Source: a virus (lineage: Duplodnaviria; Caudoviricetes). Taken from it: a stretch of DNA of 49,383 nt. The notes beneath the pieces are model-generated. The model made no database searches and was not told the DNA's origin. It worked only from the letters and a program-made list of their open reading frames with translations. A program made the translations under genes and the position numbers. The first letter of the stretch is position 1; every line of letters begins with the position of its first letter. Of the stretch, positions 46,776 through 49,383 are shown in pieces. The stretch is taken from positions 1-49,383 of the IMG/VR virus record IMGVR_UViG_3300027533_000027. One strand, 5' to 3'.

Positions 46776-48641
46776 ATGAAACCTAAACTAACAATCGGGA
46801 TGGCAGTTTTTGATGATTATGATGGAGTGTATTTCACAACACAAGCATTGCGCATGTATCACGATATGCGTAATGTTGAATTGGTTGTTGTGGACAACAA
46901 TCCGAATTCCGTACACGGCAAAACAGTTAAGCAACTGCTAGAGAAAAAACTACCGCCACTTACTGCGGGTACTCAGTATGTTGCAATGCCGTCCCCCGTT
47001 GGAACATCCGCACCCCGTCAAAAAGTGTTTGACGCTGCCAACGGGGAAATTGTCCTATGTCTTGATTCGCACGTTTTGTTACAACCGGGTGCAATTGATA
47101 AACTGATTGCATGGTTTGATAAAAACCCCGATTCAATGGATTTGGTTAGTGGTCCGATGGTTGCGGATTCACTAATGCAACAACATACCCATTTCAATAA
47201 TGAATGGCGCGCGGGTATGTGGGGTACTTGGGGGCAAGCGTGGAAATGCTCTTGCAACCGAAAGGATTCGTTATTGTTTTCGCCTATGTCTGGCGAAAAC
47301 AACACAATGCGATACGTCGCATTAGATTCCGAATCAACCCCGGTTACATTCTGCGGGAGTTGTCAAGCGCCGTTGCCAGTGTTGGAACATGCGGGGCATG
47401 AACCGCAGTTGTTGAATCGTGGATACACGATTCTAGGTATCAATGACGATGATGAATTTGAGATACCGGGACAAGGGTTAGGCGCTTTCGCTTGCCGTAA
47501 ATCCGCATGGTTAGGATTCAACGAACATTTCCGACAATTTGGCGGGGAGGAAATGTATATCCATACTAAGTTTAGGCAGCATGGTAGGCGATGCCTTTGC
47601 TTAGGATTGCTCAAATGGGTACATCGTTTCGGCAGACCTAGCGGCGCAAGATTCCCGCTATCCAATTGGGGGAAACTTCGCAATTATGTTCTAGGACATA
47701 ATGAGTTGGGTATTGATTTGGACAAGCTACGTCAACACTTTGTTGTTGACGGGAAGCTAGTAACAGAGAACCAATACAATTACATATTGGCCGATCCAAT
47801 CAACAACATGGAACTACCCAACAATAAACCAGCGTGCGGAGCAAGCGGAGTGCTAGAGAAGATAGAAACCGTTGATGCTCTATTTGCGCACGTTGGTGGA
47901 TTACCCCGCGACTTAGACCAGCATTTCAGTAGGCTTGCAGAATTCGCGTCAATTTGCCCGCGCATTACGGAATTCAGCAAGCGCCGGGAATCTGCAATCG
48001 CTCTTGCTAAGGGGAAACCGGAAACGCTGGTTTCGTACAACCTTGAATCTTCGGATGAAGGGTACAAGCGTTTGCAAGTGTTGCTAGGCGAAACAATGTC
48101 TAGCGACCCTAAGCAATCAACAGAAATCGCTACAATCGCGGAAACGGATTTGTTGTTTATTGATTCGCAACATACGTTTAAGCGGTTGACGGATGAGCTA
48201 ACGAAATTCGCGCCAAGTGTTACGCGATATATCGTTATGCATGATACCTTTTTGCACCGCGAAAAAGGGGAGGATGGGGGATCAGGATTGTTGACAGCGT
48301 TACGGAAATTCATGCAAACCAATCCGCAATGGTCCGTTGTGTTTCATACCAACGAACAACATGGATTAACCGTAATCGGTTGCCGTGCGGAAGATAAACC
48401 CGCGCTCCCCTCAACAATCACAATGGCAGGTAACTTTGCGAAAGCGGTTGCATCGCACGTTGTAAGCGGGGCGAAGAATGCCCCCGTTGAATTGCTCCAA
48501 GCGCGGCTAGAGCAATGTTCTATTTGTCCGCAACGGGTTGATAATCGTTGCTCTATCTGTGGTTGCTACATAGAAGCAAAAGCAGCGATGTTAAATCAAC
48601 CTTGTCCAATCGGTAGTTGGCCGATGGAAGCGCCGAAATGA
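46776..48641 (+). CDS. GT2-like glycosyltransferase fused to a methyltransferase-like domain and a C-terminal Cys cluster
   Basis: LTIGMAVFDD, VVVDNN, LCLDSH, FGGEE; DLLFIDSQH...IVMHDT; RLEQCSIC...CSICGC...K...CPIGSW. Confidence 0.85.
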   Translation: MKPKLTIGMAVFDDYDGVYFTTQALRMYHDMRNVELVVVDNNPNSVHGKTVKQLLEKKLPPLTAGTQYVAMPSPVGTSAPRQKVFDAANGEIVLCLDSHVLLQPGAIDKLIAWFDKNPDSMDLVSGPMVADSLMQQHTHFNNEWRAGMWGTWGQAWKCSCNRKDSLLFSPMSGENNTMRYVALDSESTPVTFCGSCQAPLPVLEHAGHEPQLLNRGYTILGINDDDEFEIPGQGLGAFACRKSAWLGFNEHFRQFGGEEMYIHTKFRQHGRRCLCLGLLKWVHRFGRPSGARFPLSNWGKLRNYVLGHNELGIDLDKLRQHFVVDGKLVTENQYNYILADPINNMELPNNKPACGASGVLEKIETVDALFAHVGGLPRDLDQHFSRLAEFASICPRITEFSKRRESAIALAKGKPETLVSYNLESSDEGYKRLQVLLGETMSSDPKQSTEIATIAETDLLFIDSQHTFKRLTDELTKFAPSVTRYIVMHDTFLHREKGEDGGSGLLTALRKFMQTNPQWSVVFHTNEQHGLTVIGCRAEDKPALPSTITMAGNFAKAVASHVVSGAKNAPVELLQARLEQCSICPQRVDNRCSICGCYIEAKAAMLNQPCPIGSWPMEAPK

Positions 48642-49036
48642 AATTCGGTAAATCAAATAGCGTTTGGCAACAATGGTTTATGCGCGGATTTATAGGGTGC
48701 ATAAATCAGTTACAGCGTACCAACAATGAAAGACGTTTCATCCGCACGCTAACGGGTTTGATTGATTTAATAGAGCGTGAAATGGAAACCTTTGATACTG
48801 CCGATATTGAAACACTGGAAAAAGAGGCAAAGCGTTTACTTGACATTGCCGCCAAGTTACGCGCTAAGCTACCTTCGCCGCCCATATCACAAGAGAACAA
48901 AGGTACAGACAATGAAAATCGCTTGCCTAATGCCAACGTACAATCGTTTTCCGAAGTTGTCAAATCTGGTTCAGGAATCATGCGAAAGTTTCCTGCGCCA
49001 AGACCACCAAAACAAACATCTAATAATTTGCAATGA
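48638..49036 (+). CDS. Hypothetical protein
   Basis: ATGA overlap with upstream stop; 3' end overlaps the next gene. Confidence 0.5.
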   Translation: MKFGKSNSVWQQWFMRGFIGCINQLQRTNNERRFIRTLTGLIDLIEREMETFDTADIETLEKEAKRLLDIAAKLRAKLPSPPISQENKGTDNENRLPNANVQSFSEVVKSGSGIMRKFPAPRPPKQTSNNLQ

Positions 49037-49383
49037 TACTCCCGGTCAAACTCTAGTGTTTGACCATCCGCAAATTACGATCATAAATTGTACGGAAAGG
49101 TTTGCAACCCTTTCCGACAAAATACAATGTATGATTGATGCCGCTCCGGCGGATGCAAATGCGTTTTGTCGTTGGGATGATGATGATTTGAGTTTGCCTC
49201 ATCGTCTATCGTACTCCCTCAACAAACTTGGCGACAAACTGGAATGGCGCGCCGAAAACTATTGGTTTGACAACGGGGAGTTGCATGAAATTACCGGCGC
49301 GGCCAATACTCACATAATGAGTTTGTTTACTAGGGAATGTTTGGAAGTAATGGGAGGGTATCCCGCCAAACATACCGGTAATG
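48912..49383 (+). CDS. GT2-like glycosyltransferase, runs off the window end
   Basis: Read directly: MKIACLMPTYNR...SFLRQD...IICND...CRWDDDD...GGYP; absent from the ORF track because it has no stop. Confidence 0.88.
   Translation, partial: MKIACLMPTYNRFPKLSNLVQESCESFLRQDHQNKHLIICNDTPGQTLVFDHPQITIINCTERFATLSDKIQCMIDAAPADANAFCRWDDDDLSLPHRLSYSLNKLGDKLEWRAENYWFDNGELHEITGAANTHIMSLFTRECLEVMGGYPAKHTGN

Larger units (their letters stand above)
1..49383. mobile_element. Tailed dsDNA bacteriophage genome, siphovirus-like, near complete and probably circularly permuted
   Basis: Terminase, portal, head, tail and tape measure genes plus a PolA/primase/helicase module; dense small ORFs; no host housekeeping genes; both ends lie in related GT/MTase coding sequence. 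Confidence 0.95.

Noticed and set aside
1-49383. Integrase, repressor, att site, tRNA or host flanks
   Set aside because: No tyrosine/serine recombinase motifs, cloverleaf or housekeeping genes recognised; a temperate lifestyle is unsupported

Overview
The whole window reads as a near-complete genome of a tailed dsDNA phage (siphovirus-like: tape measure and tail tube, no sheath). Its two ends fall inside what looks like one glycosyltransferase-methyltransferase gene, so it is probably circularly permuted. Layout: (1) a minus-strand replication arm, 874-11302, with a SNF2 helicase, putative SSB, CHC2/TOPRIM-MCM primase-helicase, two apparent pseudoenzymes and a family A DNA polymerase; (2) a divergent control region, then a plus-strand early/middle arm, 11.9-27.7 kb, with many small ORFs, ATP-dependent ligase, SprT-like protease, class I methyltransferase, N4C/N6A DNA methyltransferase, VRR-NUC nuclease, Pmp3 protein, a 55-bp inverted-repeat element and a sigma-70-like factor; (3) a late arm with terminases, a Mu-like head module and a siphoviral tail with a likely -1 frameshift, ending in a mucin-like Thr/Cys-rich tail protein followed by glycosyltransferase/methyltransferase genes. 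I recognised no integrase, transposase, repressor, tRNA, CRISPR array or canonical peptidoglycan endolysin. A Planctomycetota host is inferred, not shown. Best candidates for novelty: a mucin-like tail protein with a virion-glycosylation cassette, a secreted cysteine-protease/thioredoxin cassette where lysis genes might be expected, the large inverted-repeat element, a dead C5-methyltransferase/MazG-like pair, palindrome-embedded promoters and an over-represented octamer, GGGAGTAC. All family assignments come from reading motifs by eye; no searches were run.
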